A stretch of 64,000 nucleotides of DNA from the sequence record NC_047815.1, one strand, 5' to 3'. The position numbers were made by a program, and so were the translations under genes. Below the pieces are notes generated by a model. That model was not told where the DNA came from. It did no database searches and saw nothing but the letters and a program-made list of their open reading frames with translations. Shown piece after piece: positions 37,207-46,525 of this stretch (positions within the stretch are counted from its first letter, which is position 1; every line of letters begins with the position of its first letter).

Positions 37207-38319
37207 TTAGCCCTTGACTGCTTTAGCCACGGAACGCACGTTCGCCAGAGTGAAGGAGAAGGTGCTTGACAGCAACCAGCCGCGGTCAGTGTTACCCTGG
37301 TTAGCACCAGAAGTAGGAGTAGACTGCGTACCGCCACGAGTAGTATACATACCGTGGTAATCCTGATCAGCAACAACGTACAGTTCGCCCGGCTCCAGAA
37401 CGCGATGCTCTGGTGCGCGGAAGCCGTCAGTGATCAGTTCCATACCTAGCAGAGTACCCAGACGACCGGTAGTGATCAAATCATACTTAGACACTGGGTC
37501 CAGAGCAGAGGTGAACTGATCGTTACCAACAATGTCGTTCCAGTAGTCAGCGGCCAGAATGGCAGTTGCTACAGGCAGAGGCCAGCTTGCTACGTGGGTT
37601 TTCATCTGAGACAGCAGGCGCGGAGTCAGGTCACCGTGGATGTAGGTTACTGGGTTAGCAACGCCAGCAGCCTGATCTACAGCTTTCTTCCATAGACGGT
37701 CTTCTGCAACCATGATTGCAGACAGGCCATCTTGCTGTGCGCGGTCCAGCAGGTCGCCGTTGATCTGGTCCAGATCCATTTTGCTTACGCGGATGTTGGA
37801 TTTCAGTTCAAACTCAGACGGAGTGAACACGCGGCCACGCAGCAGACGATAACCGTAATCGGTAGGACCGACAGCGATGATACCTTCAGCCTGGTGAGTT
37901 TTCAGCTCGATACGAGCAACGTCACCCTGACGAATGGTAGCGCCTTTACATACGCGACGCAGAATACCCTGACGTTCAGCACGGTCTTCGATAGAGCCAA
38001 CGATTGAAGCACCCAGTGAAGCCCACTTAGCGCCTGATGGATCGTTAACAGCTTCTTCAACCAGTTGACGACGTTCTTCGGCCTGCTGTGCAGCAGATAC
38101 AGAAGTCTGTACGCTAGACTCGGAGTGCACCAGGTTGCCCTGAGCAGCTTCTGCCATCAAACGGCTGATGTTGTTCAGAAGGTCTTTCTGTGAATAGGCG
38201 TTGATTTCGCCGGTAGACTCGGACAGAGCCAGGTCACCTTTACCGCCGAAGCGCAGGTCTTCAATCGGGGCACCGTTGCGCAGGGTTACTTTAGCGTTGC
38301 GCATCATTTGGTTTCGCAT
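37207..38319 (-). CDS. Major capsid protein (HK97 fold inferred)
   Basis: 370 aa; strong AGGAGA RBS; biased codon usage; follows scaffold-like genes; GRLGTLLGMELITD...LEPGELYVV pattern. Confidence 0.8.
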   Translation of the reverse strand: MRNQMMRNAKVTLRNGAPIEDLRFGGKGDLALSESTGEINAYSQKDLLNNISRLMAEAAQGNLVHSESSVQTSVSAAQQAEERRQLVEEAVNDPSGAKWASLGASIVGSIEDRAERQGILRRVCKGATIRQGDVARIELKTHQAEGIIAVGPTDYGYRLLRGRVFTPSEFELKSNIRVSKMDLDQINGDLLDRAQQDGLSAIMVAEDRLWKKAVDQAAGVANPVTYIHGDLTPRLLSQMKTHVASWPLPVATAILAADYWNDIVGNDQFTSALDPVSKYDLITTGRLGTLLGMELITDGFRAPEHRVLEPGELYVVADQDYHGMYTTRGGTQSTPTSGANQGNTDRGWLLSSTFSFTLANVRSVAKAVKG

Positions 38320-38345
38320 CTTAAATCTCCTGAGAAACTTTTCTC

Positions 38346-38351
38346 AAATTA
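38346..38351 (-). promoter_or_regulatory. TAATTT candidate late-promoter element (major capsid)
   Basis: 27 nt upstream of the capsid start. Confidence 0.5.
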
Positions 38352-38379
38352 ATTGTTGTGTGTCACAATGCGCGACGGA

Positions 38380-39087
38380 TTAGCCACCGAAAGAGGAAGC
38401 CATTTCAAAGATAGCATAACCGCGTTCAGCAGTTGGTGCCTGTTTAATCAGAACGCTTTTCAGCAGAGTACCTGTACCGCCAACAGTCAGACGACCGTTC
38501 GGGCCGAGTGAAGGATGCAGTACGGTATCGTCGTTCCAGTCAGCAGCGAAGTCAAACATGTTAGAGGCAACGTTGCCCTGTTTGATATAACCACAGCGAC
38601 CGATTTGGTTCGCAGCCAAACCACCGATAGGCGCATCAGCCAGGAACGAACGAGCTTCAACAGCATTCAGCACGTAACCGTACTGAATGTAAGCTTTCTT
38701 GCCGATGTCAGATTCGTGGAAGTACAGGTTATCTCCATCAACACCAACAGCACCAGCAGCAGAGGCAGCGTCATCAGCTTCCTGAGTTGCTTTGGTGCCA
38801 CCAATTTTGATCAGCATCTGACCAGCTTCTGGCAGACGACCAGCGCGGAAAGTTTTGGTTGAATCGATAACGAATTCTTCAACGCGCACCTGATGGGTAG
38901 GCGGCAGCAGACGTGCGATAGCAAAACCAGCGAACACTTCGCCTTCAGCACCTGTAGAAACTTTCAGGTACATTTTACCATCTTCTTTAGCCCATACCAG
39001 AGCCTGACCTTCTTCCTGGATTTGTTCGCCCGGCAGCAGATCAGCTTCGTTGGTCTGAACGATATCGGTAGCATTAGTAAACAGCAT
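38380..39087 (-). CDS. Head structural/decoration-like protein, 235 aa
   Basis: Directly upstream of the capsid gene with similarly biased codon usage. Confidence 0.5.
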   Translation of the reverse strand: MLFTNATDIVQTNEADLLPGEQIQEEGQALVWAKEDGKMYLKVSTGAEGEVFAGFAIARLLPPTHQVRVEEFVIDSTKTFRAGRLPEAGQMLIKIGGTKATQEADDAASAAGAVGVDGDNLYFHESDIGKKAYIQYGYVLNAVEARSFLADAPIGGLAANQIGRCGYIKQGNVASNMFDFAADWNDDTVLHPSLGPNGRLTVGGTGTLLKSVLIKQAPTAERGYAIFEMASSFGG

Positions 39088-39140
39088 GTTTTAATTCCTC
39101 TAAAAGGGATTTGATAACCGTTTAACTGGCCCCTGCGCGA

Positions 39141-41183
39141 TTAACGCAGGAGAGCAGCGGCGCGGCTTGCAAATGAGTCAACAGAAGCTGAACTCTGGGA
39201 CTGAATCGGGTCTGCATCCTGAACAAGCAGGTGCGCAGCAGTTTGTTTCGGCTTAACCTGTTCGACTTGAACTTGAACTTGCTCAGTCTGAGGTAATGCG
39301 CGAGAGATACCGGTTGACGAACTAACCGCTTCTGCGATTTCGTTCTGTGCGACTTCTGATTTGCTCATCAAGGATTGAGCTTGGCTAAGAGCCTGAACCA
39401 GGAAGTCTTGACCGTGAGCGAAGAAAGCACGTTCTACGATAGCGCGTGGTTCTTTAACGCCAGCAGCGGTCAGGGCACTGCACAGACTTTCAGCAACAGG
39501 GTTGCGGCTGTTCTGCCAGAAACCTTTAGTCAGACCCAGCATAGCAGTAGACAGTGCCGCTTCAAAACGTTCTTGATGCGCAGACACAGACTGCTGGATG
39601 GTGGACTGAACTTCGCTTGTAGCACTTTCAATGCGTGCGTCAGCTTCACTTGCGATCAGCTTTTCAACAGGCATTTCGATTTTGAATGGTTCAAAACCAA
39701 AGTTGCTGCAAGTTTCAATAACGCCTTCGCTTGACAGACTTGAGCGAACTGCACGCAAGAAATTATCAGATTCGAAGGTTTGGCGTGCGGCTTCTTCACC
39801 AACAGCGTTAGACACTGACTGGAAAGTAGCCAGAGCAATTGGCAGGCCATCGTAGTACATGTGTACCTGAGGTACAACACCGCCTACGCTACGGCTCAAG
39901 CTAACCATGCTCGGGTTCAGATTCGAGTGCTGGGCAACAGCAGAGCTGAGGCTATCAAACACACGGCTGACTGGTTCGTTGACTTTGGAATCAGATTCGA
40001 ATTCGCTGTCATCAATATCGTCTTCGCTGTCTTCCAGCTCGTCGAGATCTTCATCTTCTAACAGCAGATCGTCGTCTTCATCTTCGTCGGCTGACGCGGA
40101 TTCAGAATCGAAGTCTTCTTCCTCTTCATCTTCGAGGTCTTCGTCGTCTTCTTCAAGATCGTCGAGGTCTTCATCAATATCATCGAGGTCGTCTTCGTCA
40201 TCTTCTTCCAGATCTTCGTCGTCGAGATCATCAAGGTCGTCTTCGTCGTCAAGGTCATCCTCGTCGTCGTAGTCTTCGTCCTCTTCCTCGTCTTCTTCGT
40301 CAGAAGCAGATTCTGAATCGAAGTCTTCTTCGTCCTCGTCTTCGAGGTCCAAATCGTCTTCGTCTTCGTCATCAAGGATATCAATGTCAGCGCCTTCGTC
40401 GTCATCGCCAGACAGTGATTCTTCTTCCTCAATGTCAATCAGAGGTGCAGAGCAATGCGCACAGAACACAGGCTCTTCATCGCTAGACACAGTGAACGGC
40501 TGATCGCATGACGCGGAGCAGCTATACATGTGAACATCGACTTCTTTGTCGCCACCAACGATAGCGTTGGACAGCGCCTCAACTGTTTCTTCATCAGCCT
40601 GCGACACAGACTCAACTTCAACCGCAGTATACGGATTGAACTTGGCAGCGACAGCAGCTTTAAAAGTACCAGTAGAAGACTCGGCAACAAAGCTGGTGGA
40701 ATTCGACAGAGCAGCAACAAACGCTTGCTGCGCTTCTTCGGCAGTAGCGCCAGTGGCTACAAGACCGTCATGCGACACAGACTGTTCGGACATTTCGTTA
40801 CCCAGATGTTCTGTGATGCGCTCGTCAGTGATTTCGCTAAGGTCAGCAGAGCATGACGGACAGTTCGTCACTTCTACAGAGCTTTCGCTAACGATGTGTT
40901 GACCACAACCATCTAAACAGATGTGGTACTCTGCGCGAACGTCTTGGCCAGATGATTCGGATGCGAAATCAGCTTCCTCAACCAAACCAGGTTGCTCGAC
41001 CAGCAGCGCATTGCCGCCGTTCGGGCTGTAGAGATCCGTGCCGCTCTGCGATGCAAATACATCACCACTTTCAGAAGCGAACAGCATAGTACCAGCGCCA
41101 ACAGCGGTACGACGGAAATTTTCTACTGCCTGATTATGGTTTTTGCCTACGCATACGATCCCCTTGAATTGGGAAATCTTCAT
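39141..41183 (-). CDS. Scaffold/prohead-core-like protein with Cys clusters and a long Asp/Glu tract
   Basis: 680 aa; CLDGC, CPSC, CSASC, CAHC; ~145-aa D/E tract; located between protease candidates and capsid genes. Confidence 0.55.
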   Translation of the reverse strand: MKISQFKGIVCVGKNHNQAVENFRRTAVGAGTMLFASESGDVFASQSGTDLYSPNGGNALLVEQPGLVEEADFASESSGQDVRAEYHICLDGCGQHIVSESSVEVTNCPSCSADLSEITDERITEHLGNEMSEQSVSHDGLVATGATAEEAQQAFVAALSNSTSFVAESSTGTFKAAVAAKFNPYTAVEVESVSQADEETVEALSNAIVGGDKEVDVHMYSCSASCDQPFTVSSDEEPVFCAHCSAPLIDIEEEESLSGDDDEGADIDILDDEDEDDLDLEDEDEEDFDSESASDEEDEEEDEDYDDEDDLDDEDDLDDLDDEDLEEDDEDDLDDIDEDLDDLEEDDEDLEDEEEEDFDSESASADEDEDDDLLLEDEDLDELEDSEDDIDDSEFESDSKVNEPVSRVFDSLSSAVAQHSNLNPSMVSLSRSVGGVVPQVHMYYDGLPIALATFQSVSNAVGEEAARQTFESDNFLRAVRSSLSSEGVIETCSNFGFEPFKIEMPVEKLIASEADARIESATSEVQSTIQQSVSAHQERFEAALSTAMLGLTKGFWQNSRNPVAESLCSALTAAGVKEPRAIVERAFFAHGQDFLVQALSQAQSLMSKSEVAQNEIAEAVSSSTGISRALPQTEQVQVQVEQVKPKQTAAHLLVQDADPIQSQSSASVDSFASRAAALLR

Positions 41184-41265
41184 GGTAAAAACCTCTCGTG
41201 AAATTTTTAAAGTCGTTGTTTCGACATGGGAAAATTAACGTATTCGAGAAAATTGAGGTAAAAAA

Positions 41266-42348
41266 TCAAATTTTCTTAGAATCAATGTCTGCTTGAGGAA
41301 TATAGCGATTTTCGAAGTATTTTTCGACGATCTCTATGCCATTCAGCGTATATACACGCCGTAGGCTGTTTCCCCACACCATTAGCTCAGCCAGCGTTGC
41401 AAAATGCTCGGCAGGCACAGTGCTGATAGCACCCGGACGCAGTGTATCTGGATGTATTTTCTTGCCACGAATAGCCTGTTCAAAGCGCATACGGTCAACG
41501 TTACGTATCATTGTATGGTCAATAAAGTGGGCTAGTTCGTGTGTTGTTGCGTGGGCCACACTAGCACTGTTAAAGCCACCCATCAGAGCGATAAGCTGTT
41601 TAGGGTCAACTGAGATAGCACCGTACAGGATTCCACTGACGCGATACGTAACAATGTGCGTACCGTCACGCAGATCAGAAGTAATGCCGAAATAAAGACG
41701 CTTGAACGGGAGAGGTATCTTTAGTCCTAACGCAGGCATAACGTTGTCTTGAATATCCTGCATAACATAGTCAGGAGCGTCATGGCCATGCAGCTTTGCT
41801 ACTTTACCTTGCAGCTCACTGATAGGACGGATTTCAAGAGCAACTTTACCACAGCGAGGCAGCTTTTTAACTGAGTAGTTAGCCATGCTGCCGCCACTAT
41901 AGATAGGCGTTGCATACTCAAGAGGACGCATCTTGCCGAAGTCAGGGCTGTTCTCCTGTTGATACTGGCGCGCAGCACGAGTTGCTTCGTCTTCGCGTGT
42001 TTCGTTTTCTGTCTTGATCTTGACAGGTTTGGGCTTTGCAGCAACAGGCTTAGGTTGCGGCTTATCTACTTCGCCACTCTTGCGTCCACCCTCTGTTGGT
42101 AGTGTGAAATCAAAGTCACCAAACAACTTGCCGGGATCAGCAGTAAACGCACGCGATGATTCCATGATTTGATCATACATAGAACCATCAATAGCACCCA
42201 CGACAGGATAACGAGTGCTTGCAATATAAGCCAGCCCCTCATTGACTGGCATAAGGCCAACAACATCACGAGGCTGAACTTCCACGCCGTTAGACCTTAG
42301 TACATCAGCACCAAGATAGCGGCGAAATTTAAAATCAAATATGCTCAT
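41266..42348 (-). CDS. Putative zincin metallopeptidase (HExxH) with shared N-terminal module
   Basis: THELAHFIDH ... EHFA. Confidence 0.6.
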   Translation of the reverse strand: MSIFDFKFRRYLGADVLRSNGVEVQPRDVVGLMPVNEGLAYIASTRYPVVGAIDGSMYDQIMESSRAFTADPGKLFGDFDFTLPTEGGRKSGEVDKPQPKPVAAKPKPVKIKTENETREDEATRAARQYQQENSPDFGKMRPLEYATPIYSGGSMANYSVKKLPRCGKVALEIRPISELQGKVAKLHGHDAPDYVMQDIQDNVMPALGLKIPLPFKRLYFGITSDLRDGTHIVTYRVSGILYGAISVDPKQLIALMGGFNSASVAHATTHELAHFIDHTMIRNVDRMRFEQAIRGKKIHPDTLRPGAISTVPAEHFATLAELMVWGNSLRRVYTLNGIEIVEKYFENRYIPQADIDSKKI

Positions 42349-43121
42349 TAGCCAATCTGCATCAGGTGATCAGAGTAAGATGCGGCGCACGCAAACGCAG
42401 GGTCATCAACGGAGCTACACTCAAAGCCGCGCAGGCCGATGCAATCACGATACGTCAGTTTGCCGCTACGTGGGTCGAGGAATGCAGGCTTGTTAAACGC
42501 TGTGTGCTCACAGAAGTTACGTTGACGAGGAGTTACCAACGCACCACAAATCGAACACTGATACGCCTTGTACGTAGTGCCTTTGCTGTATGTATTCAAT
42601 TCACCGCGCAGAATACGATCACAACGTTCAGGACAACGAGTACGGTCAAAGCCCATCAGCAAGGTAAGACGCGCATGATCACCACGGAAACCGCGCAGAG
42701 GACTTAGATGACTGTCAAAGATGATACCCATTGCTTTGGTATGGTCTTTGTTGTTGTGTTCAATAAACGTCGGCTTGCCTTTAAACGTCTGATAAGACAA
42801 TCGTCCTTCATCGTGATTGAAGCGCAGCCATTCACGTTTCGAGAACGCATCACCGTTAGTGTTCGGCAGTTCACTGATGTTTACAGGAACAGGAACAATG
42901 ATGTAGTCACGAATATCGCTGCTGGTGTTGTAGACTTCTGAGGCAGGGCGCAGCCACGTATTAATATCAATATCGAATGCTTGACTTGAACCTACGCGAT
43001 TGCCAGCAAGACGAATAGCAGAACCTTCACGTGATGCGCCTTCTTTGTGAAGATCGATTGCAGGCATACCCGTAAGACTCAGGTCAAACGAATGGCTTGG
43101 AATTTCAAGCTGTGTTTTCAT
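42348..43121 (-). CDS. Putative prohead protease with C-terminal Zn-finger-like segment
   Basis: PNTNGDAF, FKGKPTFIEHN, SKGT..YQCSICG...CEH; position ahead of scaffold and capsid genes. Confidence 0.5.
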   Translation of the reverse strand: MKTQLEIPSHSFDLSLTGMPAIDLHKEGASREGSAIRLAGNRVGSSQAFDIDINTWLRPASEVYNTSSDIRDYIIVPVPVNISELPNTNGDAFSKREWLRFNHDEGRLSYQTFKGKPTFIEHNNKDHTKAMGIIFDSHLSPLRGFRGDHARLTLLMGFDRTRCPERCDRILRGELNTYSKGTTYKAYQCSICGALVTPRQRNFCEHTAFNKPAFLDPRSGKLTYRDCIGLRGFECSSVDDPAFACAASYSDHLMQIG

Positions 43122-43130
43122 TACTTTTCC

Positions 43131-43550
43131 TTAGTCGAAATACTGAAGGTTGTATTCGTTGGATTTGACAATCTCAACGTTGCCTTCAGGCGCGATAAAA
43201 CAATTCATGTTGCAGTCACGCACGCGATAATACAGACGACCACGTTCAATGTAGGCTGCCTCAATAAGACACAACACAGGAGGCTCATCGCGGCCAAAAC
43301 GAAAATAATTGACCTCAATACCAGGATGCATCACGTCAAACGACTTGGTGCTATATACGGCGCGAACAACGTCTTTGACATTAACGTAGTTAGTGCCTTG
43401 TGTAGTCTCGATGGTGTAGCCGTATGTATCATCACCAACAATGATAGTACGAATAGTGCCGCGCAGCGTGCCACCACAGGTACCTTCGTCGTTTTGAAAG
43501 CGATAGCAAACGATATCGCCGATGTTGTGATCAAATTGAAAAGTAGCCAT
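43131..43550 (-). CDS. Hypothetical protein (two small SH3/KOW-like repeats)
   Basis: 139 aa; two similar beta-rich halves. Confidence 0.6.
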   Translation of the reverse strand: MATFQFDHNIGDIVCYRFQNDEGTCGGTLRGTIRTIIVGDDTYGYTIETTQGTNYVNVKDVVRAVYSTKSFDVMHPGIEVNYFRFGRDEPPVLCLIEAAYIERGRLYYRVRDCNMNCFIAPEGNVEIVKSNEYNLQYFD

Positions 43551-43551
43551 G

Positions 43552-44550
43552 TTATGCCCTCAATGCACCACGTGCCCAGCTACGAGCAAGATCAAGTGTC
43601 ATACGACTCGGGTTCTGTAGCTTGACTTCACCCTTGTGTACGGCAGTAAAAGGCTCGTTAGCATTCTGCCCACGACCGCTGCGATATGCTGTTTCATTAA
43701 AGCCATCAAACAAGGTAACTACCCAGCCTGTTGACTTCTCGCTGCAAGAGCCACAGCTTTTATCCCAATTGATGACACCACAGTTCTTGCCTGCGCGATT
43801 GATAACGTAGGTAGTTTTCTCTGAGTCATCGTATGGGCTACGCGCTGTAATCTTTTTAAACGTGATGCGTGCCGCAGCAGAAAGGGATTCAGTCTTGCTG
43901 AGGTCTTTCAGACGTTCAACATCAAGGCTTGACCACCAGCTATCAAACAGGCGTGCAAGTTTATCCGTGATTGGTGCAGCGATTGAGTTGAGACGTGCGA
44001 CGGTGCTGGTGGGATCATCAATAATACGGTTGATAAAATACGCACCCAGCAGCAGGGGCATCACACTACCAGAAGCAGCGGTAGCAGCAACAAGCCCAGC
44101 ACCAGTAGCAGCGACAATGCTTAGGCCAATAGCAACACGCGCTAGGGTCTTGAACGTGTTCTGTTCACCAGTACCAGACACTTCGGCCATGATACGGCTA
44201 GCAACACCAGGGTTAGAAGTACGCTTGATAATATCATCAATCTCTTCTTTGGTAAGACCCTTGCCTAGCTTTTTCTTAGCAGCCAATCGAAGGGCGTTTT
44301 CAAGAGCAGCTTTATCGTCGTCCTTCAGATCTTGGTCTAAGCGTTCTTTCAGTTTTTCAGAAAGGCTACTCAGATTTGGCTGACGAGGCGCTTTCTTCTT
44401 GCGTACTACTCGGTTCATGGGTTGTGTCCTTGATTTCTGACGGGCTGTCACCTTGTACTTCGAGCGTGGGTGACGTTTCAGATAACGTTCCTGTTCCGCT
44501 CTTGTTAAGCTGTTCCACCAGTCCTGATTCTGAGATAGACTGATTAACAT
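43552..44550 (-). CDS. Hypothetical protein with hydrophobic central segment
   Basis: ATG at 44550 after GAGG; DWWNSLTRAEQERYLKRHP motif; VAIGLSIVAATGAGLVAA hydrophobic stretch. Confidence 0.7.
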   Translation of the reverse strand: MLISLSQNQDWWNSLTRAEQERYLKRHPRSKYKVTARQKSRTQPMNRVVRKKKAPRQPNLSSLSEKLKERLDQDLKDDDKAALENALRLAAKKKLGKGLTKEEIDDIIKRTSNPGVASRIMAEVSGTGEQNTFKTLARVAIGLSIVAATGAGLVAATAASGSVMPLLLGAYFINRIIDDPTSTVARLNSIAAPITDKLARLFDSWWSSLDVERLKDLSKTESLSAAARITFKKITARSPYDDSEKTTYVINRAGKNCGVINWDKSCGSCSEKSTGWVVTLFDGFNETAYRSGRGQNANEPFTAVHKGEVKLQNPSRMTLDLARSWARGALRA

Positions 44551-45595
44551 CTTCACCTCTCAATTGTGCAAGTTGAGCGAGATAAACAATAGCCTTATCG
44601 ATCATACCTAGACGTTCGCAGGACAGTTTAGCTACCTCAAAACATAAGTCTAAATTAGATAAGGCCGAATCAAATAAGAAAGTTTTAGCTGTGCCAGATT
44701 GATATGCTGCAATGCCTTGAATAGCAAAGCCAAGAGCGTTTACGTTGTCGCCTTGACGCAAGAAAGCATCTGAGGCTGTACCGTAGCACTCAATACGATC
44801 AGGACGAGAGGCGACTGCTGCATAGGCAGACTGTTGCCAGTTACGTCCAGCCATATATAAGGCTTTCAACAGTTCGATGTGAATCAAGGCAGTGTAGTCT
44901 CGCCACTGACTGATACGTTCCAGACGTGCTACTTCACTGATGGCTTCATCGATAAGATTGTACTGACCTTCAACAACGCGGTAGCAGATCTCACGCGCAT
45001 AATAGAAAGCAGCACGGTGATCATGAGGATAGTGTGCAGCATCCGCAGCAAGCTCATTGATATAATCACGAGGCTTGTCATAGTCAGGGAAATGGTCTGT
45101 GTGAAACGCTTCAATCGAGTAGCTACCAAGACCCGGTTGGTCATCAGGCCGACGACTGATCAACACTTCATGCGCATGATAACGCCATTCGAAAAACGCT
45201 TTACGATAGGCTTTAGTCTGACCGTAAACGCTTGTACCGTTGTGCATTGTAATCCACAAGCAACGCAGGTCAGGCGCATGGAGAATGCTATCACGCAGCG
45301 TCTGTACCCAATCAGGATCAGAGAAGCGTTCATCAATATCCAGCCATACTACAAGGTCATCGTCAGAGAATGGCGCAGCGGCCAAGTTTCGACTGCGTGA
45401 CAGATCACGAACACCTTCTGCAACGTCATAGCTGAGGTAGAAGTTAGGGTGATCGTATTGTTCAAAAGCAAGAGACGTGTTGTCCGTACTGCCTGTATCA
45501 ACGATAGACACAGCATCGGCACCACGCACATGCTTTAGGAACTCTGTCATGTTCTTTTCTTCATTTCGACAAATAGCCGCTACGCAAATTCTCAT
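44366..45595 (-). CDS. Glycosyltransferase family 2 with TPR-like C-terminal region
   Basis: CVAAICRNEE, IVDTGSTDNT, WLDIDE (DxD), then helical repeats (FYYARE...). Confidence 0.85.
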   Translation of the reverse strand: MRICVAAICRNEEKNMTEFLKHVRGADAVSIVDTGSTDNTSLAFEQYDHPNFYLSYDVAEGVRDLSRSRNLAAAPFSDDDLVVWLDIDERFSDPDWVQTLRDSILHAPDLRCLWITMHNGTSVYGQTKAYRKAFFEWRYHAHEVLISRRPDDQPGLGSYSIEAFHTDHFPDYDKPRDYINELAADAAHYPHDHRAAFYYAREICYRVVEGQYNLIDEAISEVARLERISQWRDYTALIHIELLKALYMAGRNWQQSAYAAVASRPDRIECYGTASDAFLRQGDNVNALGFAIQGIAAYQSGTAKTFLFDSALSNLDLCFEVAKLSCERLGMIDKAIVYLAQLAQLRGEDVNQSISESGLVEQLNKSGTGTLSETSPTLEVQGDSPSEIKDTTHEPSSTQEESASSAKSE

Positions 45596-45604
45596 TGTGT
45601 TTCC

Positions 45605-46525
45605 CTATACTAAGATGTTACCACTTTCCCACCAGCGAGCACCATAAATATCAGACGCACGGAAGATGAGATTGATTGGAACTGAAAGATCTACCTGCTG
45701 AATCTTGGCGCCGGTAGTAGGATTGGTTACTGTTTTTTCTGTGCAGTACAAACTGATTTCAACTTCAACATCACCCTGAGATCCGAAGGGCGAGAAAGGA
45801 ACGTTTGTATCTCCATCAAATGCCTGACCAAGTGACGTATCAAAATAGGTGCTGAATGTCACTTTATCATACTGATTGATAACGGTAGGCTTTGTTGCAG
45901 TCAGACCGTTATAGCCAGTAGAGTTAGCAATGGTCTGTTGTACTAAGGTACGGCGCTTGTACGCACGCTTAACACCACGAGCATCAAGCTCTACAACGTA
46001 TTGGTTGTAGTACCAACGAAACTCCGCATACAATACTTTCTGTAGACCAACAGAAACAAAATCAACAGTAGGCTTTGCATAGAACTCGTTGCGTGTGCCG
46101 TCCTGATAGCGTTTAGTAATCTGCATGAAATATTGATACCACTGATAAACCTGAAAGTTAATCTGTGCTACAGCAGATTGTTGAGTACCGTTCGTGAGTG
46201 CATAGTTGCAACAATCGACCCCAATATAACCACTGCGCGGTCGATAGATAATCTCGTCACCAAATAGGTTGAGACTAGTATCGCCGCGCACGGTGTTTGA
46301 GATCAGGATGGCGTTTAACCGCCACCCACGTTGCACAGGCACCTTGTCGAGTATACCTTCTGTTGGGCTGTGACCAGTTTCGTGATCACGACTGCCTTGA
46401 AGAAGTAGCTCGGCTAGACTGTAGCGCGTCTCCTCACTGTTCTTGACTGGAATGCTTAGGTCAGGAGCGTAAGGAACATAGTTGCGCCAGTAGTCAAACA
46501 AACAGGGTTGTGCAAGCATAATCAC
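45605..46525 (-). CDS. Hypothetical (probable virion) protein, 306 aa
   Basis: Coupled to the ligase stop by a 4-nt overlap. Confidence 0.65.
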   Translation of the reverse strand: MIMLAQPCLFDYWRNYVPYAPDLSIPVKNSEETRYSLAELLLQGSRDHETGHSPTEGILDKVPVQRGWRLNAILISNTVRGDTSLNLFGDEIIYRPRSGYIGVDCCNYALTNGTQQSAVAQINFQVYQWYQYFMQITKRYQDGTRNEFYAKPTVDFVSVGLQKVLYAEFRWYYNQYVVELDARGVKRAYKRRTLVQQTIANSTGYNGLTATKPTVINQYDKVTFSTYFDTSLGQAFDGDTNVPFSPFGSQGDVEVEISLYCTEKTVTNPTTGAKIQQVDLSVPINLIFRASDIYGARWWESGNILV

